64,000 nt of DNA from Mytilus edulis (GCF_963676685.1 NC_092348.1:4526001-4590000); one strand, 5' to 3'. Positions 1 through 22,300 are shown, counted from the stretch's first letter. A program made the numbers and translations. Notes: generated by a model not told the origin, from the sequence alone.

Positions 1-148
1 TACACCAAAAATTATGTCAACAAGGAAAAGAAGCATTTTTTTATAAACTGGCAAGTCAGAACAATAACTTTCACGGACTAACAACCTTTAAAACGAAATA
101 ACAATAAAGGTATCAGAAGAAAATTATAGAAAAAAGTGGGCTTCACAC

Positions 149-207
149 CTTAATATTTCATTTTGTCTAGAAGAAATATGATTTGTATAAACTTCAGCAT
201 TCGCCAT
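149..207 (-). CDS. Candidate first coding exon of an unidentified divergently transcribed gene (MANAEVYTNHISSRQNEILR...)
   Basis: Minus strand AAAATGGCG start context at 207, 59 nt open, then AG|GTGTGA donor-like site. It lies next to the CpG/ETS-containing promoter-like patch. Product not recognised and downstream exons are outside the window. Confidence 0.35.
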
Positions 208-333
208 TTTCTTCGTTGTTGCCTCGTTGCTTCTTTGTTCCGCTTCCGGTTTTTCGTCACAAAGAAGAAACCATAGTCGAAGTCAGCTGTCAAATCGTCA
301 TACATATTTTTTAACTTTCCGCATTTTAACAGG
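200..333. promoter_or_regulatory. Putative (possibly bidirectional) housekeeping promoter upstream of GABARAPL2
   Basis: Local CpG enrichment, ETS-like CTTCCGG at 243-249, YY1-like CGCCATTTT at 202-210. Confidence 0.45.
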
Positions 334-7511
<7,178 letters not shown>

Positions 7512-9011
7512 TTGTAAGACTTAACCAAGGACCTTCCTGGAATAATAAAGAAATTAAATGTGAACATTTTGGAAATATAACGTTTTGGGAGATTTTCAAT
7601 GGAATGTCAAATATAATTTTAAAATAAATGCCAAAAATTCTGAAACATAAAACTCTACAGTAGACAGCTATTCTCATTTTAATTTAGGTTACCACCAAAG
7701 TGTAACATTGAATGTTGTCATTTAACAATTTTGGAATATTTTTTAAAATGATAAAGGTTCCAATATACAACCTGATATGAAAAATAGAGAAAGTTTCAAT
7801 TTTTTTTTACCGTGATAATTGAACTGTGCTAGGCATTAGAATACACCAGATTCTACTTTAGAATCTATGTGCTTTGTATTGAAGAGCCAGATTATTTTTG
7901 ACAGATCCACCTGTATATTACATTAAGTATCAGTACTAGCCATGAATTTTTGTTATTTATTTTTATTAGATCAAGGGTGTTTTATGTACTACCAGTGAAT
8001 CGTGAGGTATTATGGGTATTTTACATTATTTTTCATATAAGCTACTATTTCATGACATAAAGTTTTAAAGGAACTAAATGGTAAATGATTTTTGTATGTA
8101 TTTTCATGTATTAATACCAGTTATAAACATCATAAAACCAACTAGTTTGCAACCTGATATTTTTACGCATATTTAAATTTGAATTGGTTGCTAGGGAAAC
8201 AGTATTAAACTTTTTCTAGAAATAATGCTGCTTGAATAATTTCACCATAAAGATTTGTTAATGTATTTTAACATATAGGGCAGCCATTTTCTGTTTGTAC
8301 AATACCACTTTGGTTTTCAAATTAAGTGTTGCTTTTCTACTTTTGTTGCCTATATTGATTGCTTTCATTGAACAGATTGAACAAAACAAGCTGAACTGTA
8401 CTGTATATATGTTTATGTATGTGATAATGTGTGAATGTTGTATGATATTAAACCAATTTGCAATTTAAATCAAACAAAAAAAAGAAAATAACTTTGCTTT
8501 TTTAAAAGACGCTTTATGCGAAAGAAAAAAATATAAAATAACCACCAACTTTTGAGATCAAGATTTTCCATGGCTATTTCAAAGTAAGGAACAGTATGTT
8601 TAATGTGCAACAGTACAAATATTTCCATTATTTTTAAAGTCAGAGTCGATCACATGTTTTCTGTATTATGTTTTAATTTTTAAACATTTAAGCCAAGAAC
8701 TACAATACTGGAAGTTTATACCTTAATTCTTGAAAACTTATATAGAAAATAAGAAATATGTTTCCTTATGAAACTTTTATACTTTTACATGAATGTGTTG
8801 AATGTATAAATTTTATTGTGTTTATTTGTTAACCCTGTATCATGATAATAAAGTATGGTGCAATTAATGTAAATTAGTCAAATAACTTTTGTGACTAAGT
8901 CAGGTGGTTGAGAGTAAAGTATGCTATTTCTGTGGTGACATCAAACATTTTTTGGACATAGATTGCTTTCAGACAATCAAAATCCTAATGTAGCTGGTTG
9001 ATATTTATCAA

Positions 9012-9980
9012 TTTTTATACGCCCGGGACGGGACGTATTATGGTATACCGTTGTCTGTCCGTCCGTCCGTCCGTCCGTCTGTCCGTCCGTCGTCCACACT
9101 TCGGACAATAACTCAAAAACACTTTCACCAATTTCCAAGAAACTTTGGTGAATTGTTTATATCTATTGACGTAAGCTCCCTTTCGTTTTTTTTTAATTTC
9201 AGATTTTAAGTTTTGGATTTATGGGGCTTTATTCATAAAAAAGGGGGGATTTTCAACACTTCGGACAATAACTCAAAAAGGCTTTCACCAATGTCCATGA
9301 AACTTTGGTGAATTGTTTATATCTATTGACGTAAGCTCCCTTTCGTTTTTTTTTAGTTTCAGATTTTAAGTTTTGGATTTATGGGGCTTTATTCATAAAA
9401 AAGGGGGGATTTTCAACACTTCGGACAATAACTCAAAAAGGCTTTCACCAATGTCCATGAAACTTTGGTGAATTGTTTATATCTATTGATGTAAGCTCCC
9501 TTTCGTTTTTTTTTAATTTCAGATTTTAAGTTTTTGATTTATGGGGCTTTATTCATAAAAAAAGGGGGATTTTTAACACTTCGGACAATAACTCAAAAAG
9601 GCTTTCACCAATGTCCATGAAACTTTGGTGAATTGTTTATATCTATTGATGTAAGCTCCCTTTCAATTTTTATTAATTTCAGATTTTAAGTTTTGGATTT
9701 ATGGGGCTTTATTCATAAAAAAAGGGGGATTTTTAACACTTCGGACAATAACTCAAAAAGGCTTTCACCAATGTCCATGAAACTTTGGTGAATTGTTTAT
9801 ATCTATTGATGTAAGCTCCCTTTCAACTTTTATAAATTTCAGATTTTACATTTCCGTGTTATGAATTTTTATGCTTAAAAAAGGGGGGATTTTCCAATTT
9901 TGGGACAATACATTTAAAGCATAAAAGACAAGTTAAAAGAGCAACGGACGTATCATGCGCTAAAGCGCAGCCCTTTATTT
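9012..9980 (+). mobile_element. HINE-like element with five 160-bp tandem monomers
   Basis: ATACGCCCG / CGGACGTAT sub-terminal inverted repeats, (GTCC)n microsatellite, TCGGACAATA recurring at 9101, 9261, 9421, 9581, 9741, and 3' hairpin TGCGC-taaa-GCGCA. Confidence 0.85.
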
Positions 9981-9994
9981 AATTTTTATTGCTT

Positions 9995-11790
9995 CTTTTT
10001 GTCGCACCTTGATCGAGTACAAAGCAAGTCCTAGGTATACTGTTAATGGTGTCTGCGGCGGGATCAACAATGTATTAGTTTCTGATTATGTCTAGTTTAT
10101 GGGGAACCATTAGTGGTAGGTTAATGATATTCAATATGCTGTTGTATTAGCAATAACACATCTCATTCCCTTAGAGATTATTTACCCCACTCTCTTAGAC
10201 ATGGTCTATTGACTCTCAATTTTTGCTTAGTTTACATGTTTTAGTTTGTGATTAGGTCAGTTGATGGGGATCCACTTGTAGGTCAATGATATTTGGTATG
10301 CAGTTGTATAAGCATTTGCATATCTCATATCCATTGAGATTATTTGACTCTAGACTCTTGAGTTATTGTCTACTGACTTTGAAACTTTTGCTTAGTTTTC
10401 ATGTTATAGTTTGTGATTAGGTCAGTTAATGGGGAACCACCAGTGGTAGGTCAATGTTAATTGGTATGCAGTAGTATAAGAATTGACACATCTCATTACA
10501 ATGAAGGATATATGGCTCCTCCCCTCAGTCATGGTCTAGACTGAAACTGCTAATGTTTAGTCAATTATATTTTGTATGCAAATTTAATTGCAATTGCAAG
10601 TCTCCTTTCCATGGAGATTATTTAGGCCCACCCCTAATCATGGTTTATTGACTTTAAAACTTTTACATAGTTTACAAGTTAATGTTTGAGTCCAGGTTTG
10701 TTTAAAGGGAACAACATATGAAAATTAAATGGTATTTGGTATGCAGTTGTATTAGCATTGGCACATCTCATTTCTAAGGAGATTGTATAGCCCTGTACCC
10801 TCAGTCATGAATCATTAACCTTAAAAATTGCATAGCTTGCATGTTAAGGTATTGCTATCTCATTTCATCATTTGCATTATCAAAATTACTAAAAGTGTAA
10901 ATTACATCTCTGTGTAAATAGTTACAGAAACATAATGCATTGGACACAACATTCTATACACACTACATACCAAAACAATTTATCAATGAAGTATATACTG
11001 AAATACTCAAGTTATGAAATAGTATGTATGTGCATAACCAAGAAAATTAAAGTAACTGTGTATGGTGCATGAATCTAGTAGATCTATCTGTTCCATAAAT
11101 ATCAATGATGTCATTGTTGAAGTTATATTTAAAATTTGAGTTATCTTCCTTTATACATAACTGTAGTTCAAACAACTGTAATGATATCTGCATTGATTTT
11201 ATTGCCTTCCAATGCTTAATGAATGGCAATAGCTAATTTTAATTTTCCACTGCAAAATGAATACAACCTTTATACTTTAGTGGTCTCAATCACTTAGTAA
11301 TGTTTTGATTCGATCATTATAAGAGGCGCCACTCATATAAGAACACAGAATGAAGTGTGTATCAGTTTATCTATTTTCCATGGAGATTATTTGGTCCTGT
11401 CCCAACAGTAATGGATCATCAACTATCAATCTTTTGCACTGTATGTGTTACTGTTAATTTTACAGGTCAGTTTATAGGGAACCATTGATTAATGGAAGAA
11501 AAGTAACATTTGGTATGCAGTTGTATATGCATCTCATTTCCGTGGAGATTAATTGGTAGTCTCCCGTCAGTCATGGTCCTAAGATGTAATAACTTTTGCA
11601 TATTTAACATTTTATGGAATATGAATTTAAGAATTGACATATCTCATTTGAATTGAGATTGTTTGGCCTTTCCCCTCAGTATTGGTCCAGTTTTCATAGT
11701 TAACGTTAAAATATCACTGCTCAATTTTCACCATTCGCAGTATACTATCAAAATAATACCGGTATACAGACATTTCTCTGTCAATATTGT
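9995..11790 (+). mobile_element. Older, degenerate HINE-like element(s) with ~165-bp internal monomers
   Basis: TTTTTGTCGCACC head. TTTGGTATGCAGTTGTAT...CATCTCATTTCCATGGAGATT recurs at ~10130, 10292, 10460, 10735 and 11510. Interrupted around 10930-11375. Confidence 0.55.
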
Positions 11791-13149
11791 ATTTATCTCT
11801 ATGAGGTAACCTCAAGGGTGGATCTATTGATATTCAGTTGGATATATTTCAATATCACTTAGGATAGGATATAATTACATAACATGAATATTTTTCACAT
11901 TAGATTAGCATCTTGAATTTCTAGCTTTGATTAAAAAAATACAGTTAGACGTTTGACATAAGTTAGGCTGGATCCCCCTTATCTTGTTTGCTGTTATATC
12001 AAGCCTATTTAATGGTGACACATCACTTCCAAATCTGATTTCTTACTTGTCTGGAATCTAACCAATGACATCAACAATGAATGCAAACCTGTCCCCCAAA
12101 TGGTAGATTTAATTTCTAATTTAAAAAGAAATAGACGTGGAATGATTGTTTAAACTACCAACAAGAGTTTAAATACAGTGGATATAAGCAATGTTGCATT
12201 TTAGTGTTTCTGTTGTGTCATTGTTCTCCTCTTATATTTGATGTTTTTCCCTCAGTTTTAGTTTGTAACCTGTATTTGTTTTTTTCTCAATTGATTTATG
12301 AATTTCGAACAGCAATATACTACAGATGCCTTTATTGTGCTCTCTGAAATCACTACATCTTCTCTATCTTCTAAAGGTTCCCTCTGATTTTTAATCAGAA
12401 ACATAAAAATCTCAATTCATTTTAGACAAAGATAAGATTGAAAGCTACGTCCTTTTGAATTCACAATTAGGTAGGTTGTCTTTCTTTGATAATTTCACAA
12501 TTAGACAATAACTGTTTCGGTTCTTTTACATCCGTAGCTCTCAAATATTCGGCTTTGAGCTTTCCTGAAAAGAGTAAATCCAAAATAACTATTCGGATGT
12601 ATGAAATTTAAAATTTCTTTATTTCCCATTTTTTTTACCTTGATTGTATGTCGCCTTCTTTTAATATCATGACGAAACCATTGTAGAATACTTTTGACAA
12701 TGAAGCTTGATCACTTTTTATCGACATTGATTATATTTGTTGGGTCGATTATATCGAATAATTGCCTTGCCATTTTCAGATATAAATTACATTTTTTTTT
12801 ACTTCTTCTATACTTTGTGCTTCTATGTAGATGTTGATTTTGTATGTAGTACTTAATTCTCTTAGAACGGCTGATTGTTCTGTCGTTTATTTCAGGTCTT
12901 CAAAATTAAACCTTTTTTTCTTCTTACTTTTCCCTTTATATGTTTGGTTTTTTTTGTTTGTTCTATAAGTAACTTGTAGTTGATATTATCCCAATTTTGT
13001 CTGTCATCATAGTTGTCTAACACACCAAAAATATATGATTTTGTTTTATGCTTAATCATTTGATTTGAGCCTTGCTATATTAGCCCCTTTCTTAGCTGAT
13101 TTTATTTTGATGCCTCTCTCAGTTTATATCTGATGATGGCTCCCAGTTA

Positions 13150-16130
13150 ACAGTGGTCCCCTTCTCGATCTTTGTCTTCTTCATCATCTGTGTGTCCAAG
13201 ACTGCTGCTATCTCTCGAAGGACTTGGTCATGGCGCCATGTACATCCTTTATCATCCAGAGCTGCCCTACATGACCACACAACATTTTCTAGATTTACTG
13301 GCTAACCGCACAAGGATGTTGGTCGTACGTCGTGTACTGATCTCCACATCTGATGCCAACTGATCGTTCTTGGTCGTGCCATGTTTCATTTCAAATATTG
13401 TATTTGTTGTTTCATGCTGACGGCTCTAACTTGGCGATCCTTTCTTTTCCACGACGGGGAACAACTGTATCTAAACAAGTTCCCTTCTATGTCTTACATC
13501 TGCTGAGTGCCATAATGTTTGCTAAGCGTTTAAAAAAACCATGTCATCCTGATGTTACCACTCCCGCTATGTCCTTATGAATTAATAGACTCTCTGCACG
13601 TCAACAGCATTCTTAGTCTCCCATTTCTGTCCTGTCCTGACAACAACAGTTGCGTCTGTCCCTTGTCATCTTTATTGTCTCTTAACACCATATTTTGTTT
13701 GGTAATAGAAGACTGTGATAACCAAAGTTTTGAACTGGTGCTGTACGAACCAATGCTGCAAAAACTCTCTGGAACCCAAGCCATTTGCGTAAGTGTCTGT
13801 TGAACATCCTCTCTAGACAATTTTTAGTGAGAGGTTCATCAACAGAGGCAATGTGATTCTTGGTACTTTTCAATTCTGATAGAACCATGCCTTGTAATTT
13901 CCAGGTACACCAAACTTGTCTATAATGTCCTTCCGCTTTCCTGCCTGTGATACCATCTCATCTACGCTTTCTCGTTCGTTCAAAGAAATCACTTGACTAA
14001 GCTTTTGATTGGTTTCTCCATGGTTTATCTCTTTCTTTCTGTCCTACACCTTTCCTTTCTTCAATATCAGACTCTTTGACCTTGGAGGATTGAATTCATG
14101 CATGCCCAGTCTACAAGCTCGCCGAGGTCTTGCAGGATCCACTTGCCTTTAAAAACTGACTGCTGTTATTGTCATGTCAATCCCGGCCGACTGCTGTTGT
14201 TAATGGTTGACTGACCACAGATTACATAACTGGTCATCTTCTCTGCTTATTTTACTAGTAGATGCATGCTGCTTAGAAAAGAACTACTGATATGGTACAT
14301 CTTGAACAATCGTTATGAAAACGTTTGTATGTTTGAGACACCCTAGTACTCCTGACACTCCACCTTTCTGAACTTAGGTGTCAATATAGTTTTCGACAAG
14401 CATGTATATTTTGTAACCAGCTTTGCCAAGATTGCCAGACAAAGTTTTACCATATAGCTGAGAAGTGATATGGTTCTAAACTGTTTCAGCTCTTTCCAAA
14501 CTTCCTCCTTTGGAATTAAATAACCATCGGATTTTTGTAACCGATTTCTTCTCCATATCACTTAGACAAGTCTCCATAGTTGATTTGCGAGGTTTTGACA
14601 GTCCTCATAGACACTGTATGGAATGTCGTTTGGTCCTGGTGCTGATGCTGCTCTCGCTTTCTTTAAAGTTGACATCACTTCGTAAAATGTGAGTCCGACA
14701 TATCAAACTCTATTGTTGGCTTATTTGGACTTATCAATCTATGTTGGTCTCCAAGATCTTTTTCTCTGTCCGGATCACTTTAGTAACTCATAATGTCCAT
14801 TTACTTCATTTGGGCAATACCTGATCTTTCATCTCCGAGAAGTTTCTTTATAAAGCCGAAATAATAAGTTAAAATTTTGATTTCATTCGTAGCCCCTACC
14901 TTTTGGTTCTTTCTAAGGTTCTTTGCTCTCCTAAGTGTTTGCATTCTTTCCCAGTTTACATTTCTTAGCTCTTTCAATGCCTCTCGTTTGTGTATGTCTG
15001 CTTTCTTTTAGCACTTTGTTAAGTTGCGTTGTTCTCTCGTCAGTTTGTCAATTTTTACTTACTCCTCTGTTCTCCTTCGTGTTCTGGATTTCACCATTTT
15101 TGTTTTTCTATTCTAAACCTATAAGAGAGCTACCATTTAATTTTTAATGCATTGATAATGATACTCATTGCTTTTTATCTTTCTGTCTACATCTACTCCG
15201 AGTGATGAATGTAACACTTGTCTACATCTACTCCGATTGATGAATGCAACACTTGTAATACATCCTCATCAAACTGGATTCATTCTTTCTTACAAGCTGA
15301 TGGTGGTACCGGTGTTGGTGGGTCAATTCTTTCCCATGATGTTTTCCCTCCTTCCTGTTGACTGTTTATATTCATTCGTAACTTATTCATTGCTTTTTCA
15401 TCTTGTGCATAGAGGTGTTGAAAACTGTGGTATGTTTCCTGTTTCATCTCCTCTCCGTCTCATCAAGTTCCCTTTGTGTCGTTCAAGAATTGTTGTCACT
15501 GAACAACCCATCTTTGTGCAATGAGTCCTTTCTCATTTTTGCATATCTTTCAACACCTACAAACTCGATATGTGCCCATTGTCTTGTTGTCAGTGTGTAA
15601 GTTCAAGTTATTTCCATTGAGTGATTGTTCCTCCTGTCGCACAACGATGAGATGTCTTATTATATATATGTTCATAGCAATGCTTTAGACTCTCAATAAC
15701 TCAGTTAAACTCAGGTTTGTCAAACTGTTGAATGCCTTGGTACCGGTCTTCCTCTGTTGCCAACAGTCTTTCCTTGTTGACACCATCATATCCATGGTTG
15801 TCAATTAGTCTTTCCTAATATAGTCACTGGAGTCTGTAGATATATGAATACCTTACATACAGCGGTCACAGAGCTCAGCTGGTTCTATCATCAAGTGGAT
15901 CCTCTCTTCTTGACTAGTTTGGCGCTTTACTCGACAACCTCCAAGGGGTGCACCGAAGGAGGTGATTAAGTTCAGACAGGAACCAGCTAACTCTTCCACT
16001 GTTTTTCTCTCTTCCTCCATACCCATTTAAAAGCTTCCTCTGCTTGTCTCTTAGCTTCTCTAACCAAGCTTCTTCTTACTGGTCCAGTTAGTCCTAGGAA
16101 CCCCAAGATATCCCTGATTATCAATTGCTG
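13150..16130 (-). mobile_element. Decayed non-LTR retrotransposon with restriction-like endonuclease (Hero/NeSL-like)
   Basis: Frameshifted minus-strand fragments: DGYLIPKEE...QFRTISLL (RT N-terminus, ~14450-14530), RHLRKWLG and VPESFCSIGSYSTSSKL (~13720-13800), TWRHDQVLREIA (~13205-13240), AKRQAEEASFKWVWRKRE (~16005-16060). Confidence 0.7.
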
Positions 16131-17264
16131 ATCTAAGCTTGTTATTGTAAACTGGCTAAATCTTCTTTAATCTGGTGATTTTCCGTGTTAGTTTATGGAT
16201 TATCTTGTTCGGGAAAATGGTCCCCTATCAGGCATTTATTGTTATTACATAAATCTATAATATGGTCGCCATTTTCATTTCTCATATGGCAATTATGTCT
16301 GTCTAGGTAAAAGATTTATGCCAGAATTTTCTGCGATAGACGGTTTTCCTCAATTTCCCCAACTTATATACATGTATAGGCATATTAAAAGTACAAACAT
16401 AACATAAATAAGACAAGATGTACAAGAGTACTGGCAGTTAATGAAAACTTATTCAAAGGTCATTGTCGCCAATAACAACATTTAAAAATACCCAGATTTT
16501 CAAGACAAATCTAACTATCAGTACACAGAAGTGAAAGAAAACACATGTAGTCTTGGAAAGTGTGACCTTGTTTTAGTTTATTCCATTAATGCTTTATTTC
16601 TGGTTTTATAACTTTTTAAGTGAATGAATATTATGTGATGAATGTGTAGATTTTATCTGATAAAAGGGTTAAGATGTGTTTATATATCTTAGGCTTTCCA
16701 TATACTTCGGACTCGGAGTGTTGCTGATAAAAACGTATCTATAAGTTGGAGTGCTTCATATGCACGTTAGTCGAAATGTAAATATCGGGTAAAAGGTACT
16801 TAGCAATATGTGAAGGCTAACGGCTAACAGACTCAGTAAGGGACGACATCAGAAGTTCAATGTAGGATGAAAAACTTAATTCATATAGTTCATTCACTGA
16901 CCTCTTCCTCCTCTTAACTTAATTTGGGAAAAAAGGATTGACCAATATGGATATATATATATAAAGTTGATGTCAATTTAACAAAACTTGCAGCAATTTT
17001 GACCCCTACCCCCACCCCAAAATATTTGAATTAAGTGTTTTTATCCTTCATTGATTTTATTGATGTCGTCCCTAATAAATAAAAAAAATATGTCAGAAAT
17101 CATCAAAGACATTTGAGGCATCAATTCAAACCAATACCAATTACCAGCACCACAATTCCAACACAAAAGTATGGAATCTGATCACCTCGAATGATGATTA
17201 TGATCAACATTGAAACTGTTTTAAAATTCATTAACTTGATTTTCATCGGTTTTTTAATAACATA

Positions 17265-17495
17265 AGCAACACGATGGGTGCCACATGTGGTGCAGGATCT
17301 TCTTGCCCTTCCGGAGCAACTAGGATCCCCCAGTTTTTGATGGGGTTCGTGTTGCTTAGTCTTATGGTTTCTGTGTTGCGTCTTGTGTACTATTATTTGT
17401 ATGTTTATCTTTTTTCTTTTTTAGCCATGAGGTTGTCAGCTTATTTTCGATCTATGAGTTTGAATGTCGCTGTGGTATCTTTCGCCCCTCTTTCA
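17265..17495. repeat. Short interspersed repeat (unclassified SINE/MITE-like)
   Basis: Composition shift. ACACGATGGGTGCCACATGTGG...ATCTTTCGCCCCTCTTT resembles abundant bivalve short repeats (recognition only, no search run). Confidence 0.4.
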
Positions 17496-17556
17496 TAGCT
17501 ATTTAGTAGCTACATTTTTGTTCATCAAGTTTGCAATTAAATAGTGTCTGCATTAA

Positions 17557-17783
17557 GAGGGGGTCTCATTGGGGGGTTCCGATCCCGGATCCCGCTTACT
17601 GTTTTGTCCGATTCCCGTATCCCGCTTACACTATGTACGTAAGCAATTCTCATTTTTTTGTCATTTCCCGGGTCCTGCTAGGCCTCATTTCCCGTTTTCC
17701 CGACACAATAATAAGACTTTCACGTGTCACGCTAAGAAAAAATCGGCAATCCCGCGTCACGCTTAGATCCCAATGAGACCCAC
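17557..17783. mobile_element. MITE flanked by TTAA
   Basis: GGGTCTCATTGGG / CCCAATGAGACCC terminal inverted repeats. TTAA at 17553-17556 and 17784-17787. Internal TCCCG reiterations. Confidence 0.75.
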
Positions 17784-19318
17784 TTAAGAATTTGTTATGC
17801 ATTTCATGCAGGCATGTTTGTGATATAACATTGTAGTATATTAGGTTGCGTTAAACAAAAGTTGACCTATGACATTTTATCATTTATTTTGACAGGATGT
17901 TGAAAGTCGTATACATATATGTTTACTAAGTACTGCTGTACTATAATCATAATACTATAATCAGAGGGTACATGTACCTATTGCTTTTAAAATGGGGTAG
18001 TGGTTTATAAGAGTTATTACCACTTTTCTAAAATAAGTCAACATTGAAGGACTGTCTGTTTGTTAAGTTCACGCATCATTATGTATACATATAATTTAAT
18101 TTGATGCGACTGTCGTACAAGTGAGAGGTTTAGCGCTATAAAACCAGGTTCAAATCTAACATTTTCTACATTTGAAAATGCCTGTACCAAGTCAGGTATG
18201 ACAGTTCTTGTCCATTCGTTTTTATGTGTTTTGTCATTTGATTTTGCCATGTGATTATGGACTTTCCGATTGGATTCTCCTCTGAGTTCATTATTTTTGT
18301 GATTTTACTTTTTACTCCTATAAGAAGTACAAAATGTAGTTTGACATTTATCGTAGGTATATTCTAAAAAAATTAACATGTTTGCCTCTGTCAGATTCTT
18401 CTCTATCTGTGACGGGTTTCAAGATAATAGACATAACTTGCATTTTACCCTATGCTATATTGTCACGTCGGTCATGTTGGTTAGCATTCGGAAAAGTTTA
18501 ACAGACGGACAACGTACGAAGATGACAAGACGGTGGACGCCAAGTTATGAGAGGTCAGCTGAAAATGAATTTTAAAAAAAATGAACACAACATGTATCCC
18601 CAACTGTAAAGATTGAATTACAAATCATTAAGTAAAACATCTAATGTCGGGCACAAAATATAAGTGATAAGCCCGGTGATAAAGAATATTTTAATGATTA
18701 ATATTAACTTTTGAAATTGCGTTGCTATAATAAGACTTATAAAGCTAGTCTCAATAAATAATAATGTAGTATGTTACAATGCTAAGATGACAAATAATAT
18801 CATATATATTTACGATGTGGCATATATCCAAGGTCATTAGCAATTCATTTAATGTACAAATTCACTTATCTACATCTTTAAGGACATTTATACTTTAGTA
18901 CACTAATACGACTATTGACACCATCCTCTATCATGGTACTTATTAGAAGTACTAGTTGATATATGTTACTTTCCACTTATGTTTTATATTTGTGTATTGT
19001 AATTTACACAGATCTAACTCATCTAAGATTAAGGCGCTTGTTGGAATTATACAGTATCAACCCGAATAAAACTCAGGTGAAAATTAGAATAAAATCTCTA
19101 CAACATATACAACAATAATTTTCAACTCTGCAAGTTTATAATTGAACAAATATACAACTTTGAGAATCTATCCAATAACTTAATAAAAAATATGGCACTT
19201 GTCCATCTCATATTCATTCAAATTTTCTGATTCGCTCACGCTCAGTAACAAAATGTTTGGTTTTGTTAATACAAAACTATTCTTCAGATCTCATAAAAAC
19301 TAGCACTATAATATGTCA

Positions 19319-22300
19319 CTATAGTACAAATTCTGAGAATCCACAGGCAACGAGTTCCCCGTCCCCATCTGTTAACCAAGTCTTCGAGAAATATGTGCCC
19401 TAAAAAAGAATTACATAAATATTTATAATCTGTATATCAGAGGTTAACAATTTATTTATCTGACCTCCTATATATACATTTGTAGGAATATTCTTGGTTA
19501 AAAGCGACCGCGTTGAGACAGAATAGATGTAATATGGGGTTAGCAGGCTTGGTTTATTTAATCCACGGCTAGTATTTGGGTTACGTGCCTTTATTTGTAT
19601 GTAAAAAAATAACACTGCGTCGGAGAGATCTGAAACGTTTCGCCTAGACAACAGATGAAGAAATTGATGATGAACGATTAAAATAAACACAGAAAGCACA
19701 TTAAAAAGCTAATTAGCTGTTATTGTCGACATTTGTTTTTGTACTTTTTTGTTCACGGTACTTTTGGTACCGTTAATTTGATTCTATCCCAAATTCATGG
19801 TTTTGATGTTATATTGGCTATTCTCATCGGATTTTGTCTAATGCTTAGTCTAAAATGCCGCATATTCGGAAAGTTGATAAGATAAATTCGTAACAGAGTG
19901 TGCTAATGACCTACTAGTACTACGATTTACGTAGGGCAGTAATTTCGATATGGGGTCAGAGCGAATCCCCTCAGTATGTAATTTTCTGATCCCTCTATAT
20001 ATATTTGTATATATATAGTCATATTAGGTCACTAGAACACTGTGAAACTAATAATACCTGGTAAATTGTGTAAGAAACTTTCGACTGTCTATATTATATA
20101 CTAGTATATTTCGGTTTTAATATTTGGAAGAAACGCATTCATGGTGCTTCTATCTTTGATGGTCGAAATGCAGTGTGATGGTCGGAATTCCGACGATATG
20201 CAATGTTGACTTAGCGATGGTTATTTGAAGCGAATATTGAAAAAGATGCTCCAGTAAATGTATGGTCTCAGTGAAGATCGTTCGGCGGAAAAGTATGTAA
20301 ATTATGCCATATGTATAACCCAAAAACACAACAGCAATAAAAGAAGTTATAAATACAAATGAATTCTATGAAGACCTACGAATGATTACCTGGAAAAAGT
20401 TAACATAGGTTTCATATTTTGTCCTGTTCATACGTAAACATACGATATTAGTTTTGCTCATTATTGACAATCTTTTTTTTCTCTAGTTGTTTAAATCCTC
20501 GTCATTTGGTCTCTGGTGGGTACTATAAATTGTCTCGTTTTTAATTATACCACCTTCACCTATTTTTATTTTGGATTGTTTGGCTATCCTGCTTGTGAAT
20601 TATACTGTTATGTTTAGAAAGGTTAAATTGTGTTTGGTATAGTCACCTTTTTGTGTGTAATTCATGCGCAATATAAAAAAAATCCCATAGGTAATTTGCG
20701 TTTCAATATTTGTAATAGTTTTCAATATGTATGCGATAAAAATATGCATAAAATATCAACCAATGACAATAATATACGTATAACCTAAGTCCTTTCTATT
20801 GTACTACCTTTGGTAGATATTTGGGAACCTTCCTATCTGTGATCCATGCGTGAAATCCCGGTTTGTATGGACAGAACACTTGTCTGTCTTCCTCCTCCTC
20901 GTTCTCATCAATGCTGCAGAAGTCCCATTTATTATCATATAGATCTTTACCATTATACTTCACAGATATACCTAACTCTCCTCCATTGTATTCCTCATCT
21001 GTAAAAACAAACAGATATTATATCTTACGCTGACATTTTTTTGTGCGGACAAAAATTGGGGAGAACTACAACATTTGCGTATGAGATATTATCTCGTTGA
21101 TGAGTGCAGTACGTAGCATGTTTGAAACTACCTAAGAAAATTAATCGAGGGAGGGTTGGAAATTACCTATACAAAGATTACAACTAAGATAGATTTTGTT
21201 CTTGTTTCTTGTCTATTAGGTCATATAGATCCTAAAATTTCTACGTTTTTATACGTCATTCCTGACTTTGAAATGTTTTGGCTTTGGTATTCGTTATGGA
21301 AAGCGCTTCAAACGCACGGAATTTATAAAATGTTATTTTCGTCATCTATATTTATGTTACTGTAAAGTGAATAATGTTACATTTGTCTCAATTTTACGAA
21401 TATTTTTTTTAATGCCTAAGTCATATACTAATTTAAGCTGGTTAACGCATATACTATCAAATATTTTCAACATCCAGATAATTCCATATTATCATTGTTC
21501 TTATAAGTACGGTTTATACATCAAAGGTAAATTGGGTTTACCATAGATTATATCGATAACGATACAGATTTAATAGCGATAAAAAAAACAACATTGGAAC
21601 GTCCTACCTAGTAATGTGATAGGTTATTTTAAAATCAAATTGCAGGCTTTGAAAACCTCCAATCATTTGCAATCGATTTAAAAATAGCATCTTGAAGAGG
21701 ACAATGTCACATAAACCTGGGTTTCGATATGTTTTTAGTCATTTACCAAAACCACTCTGATTTTTTTTATCCCCAGTGCTTTTCAACTTTGCATTTCATT
21801 ATTTTTTTTTTAACTTTTTTTACAGTGACTTGACTGTTAGTGTTGCTATCCACCAATTGCAACTCATTCAAAATTTTGACCAAATTGCAATTTGTTTTAT
21901 AAAATCAAATTGTTCAACTGGTCAGAATATTGAACAAATTGTTCAGCCAAAATGTGAAAGTGCAAGGTGATAAAATAAAATATACTTACTATCCTACAAG
22001 GTCTTTATAGTTTGATCTTCTGGTTCAGGTTGGTGTATATAATAATTATAAATTGTATTTTTTTCAGGTAACATCACAGGCTTCTATAACACTTGTTTGT
22101 TGTTGTTTTTTTGTAATATCAAATAATCCAAAAACGATGTTTATGTAAGAAGTTCCCGCGCAAATGTCATGTGTTACCGAAACGGGAAACACACAAAAGA
22201 ATTGTAGGTGCATGTTGTCATTCGCATTCCGATTAATTTACACAGTTCAATAAAATATATATGTTAACATTATCTATATTGGTTTTGAATTTAGTTACTA

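Noticed and set aside
21984-22070. Donor-like GTAAGT on the minus strand inside the ML gene intron
   Set aside because: No convincing acceptor or open exon found, and the ML domain is continuous without it.
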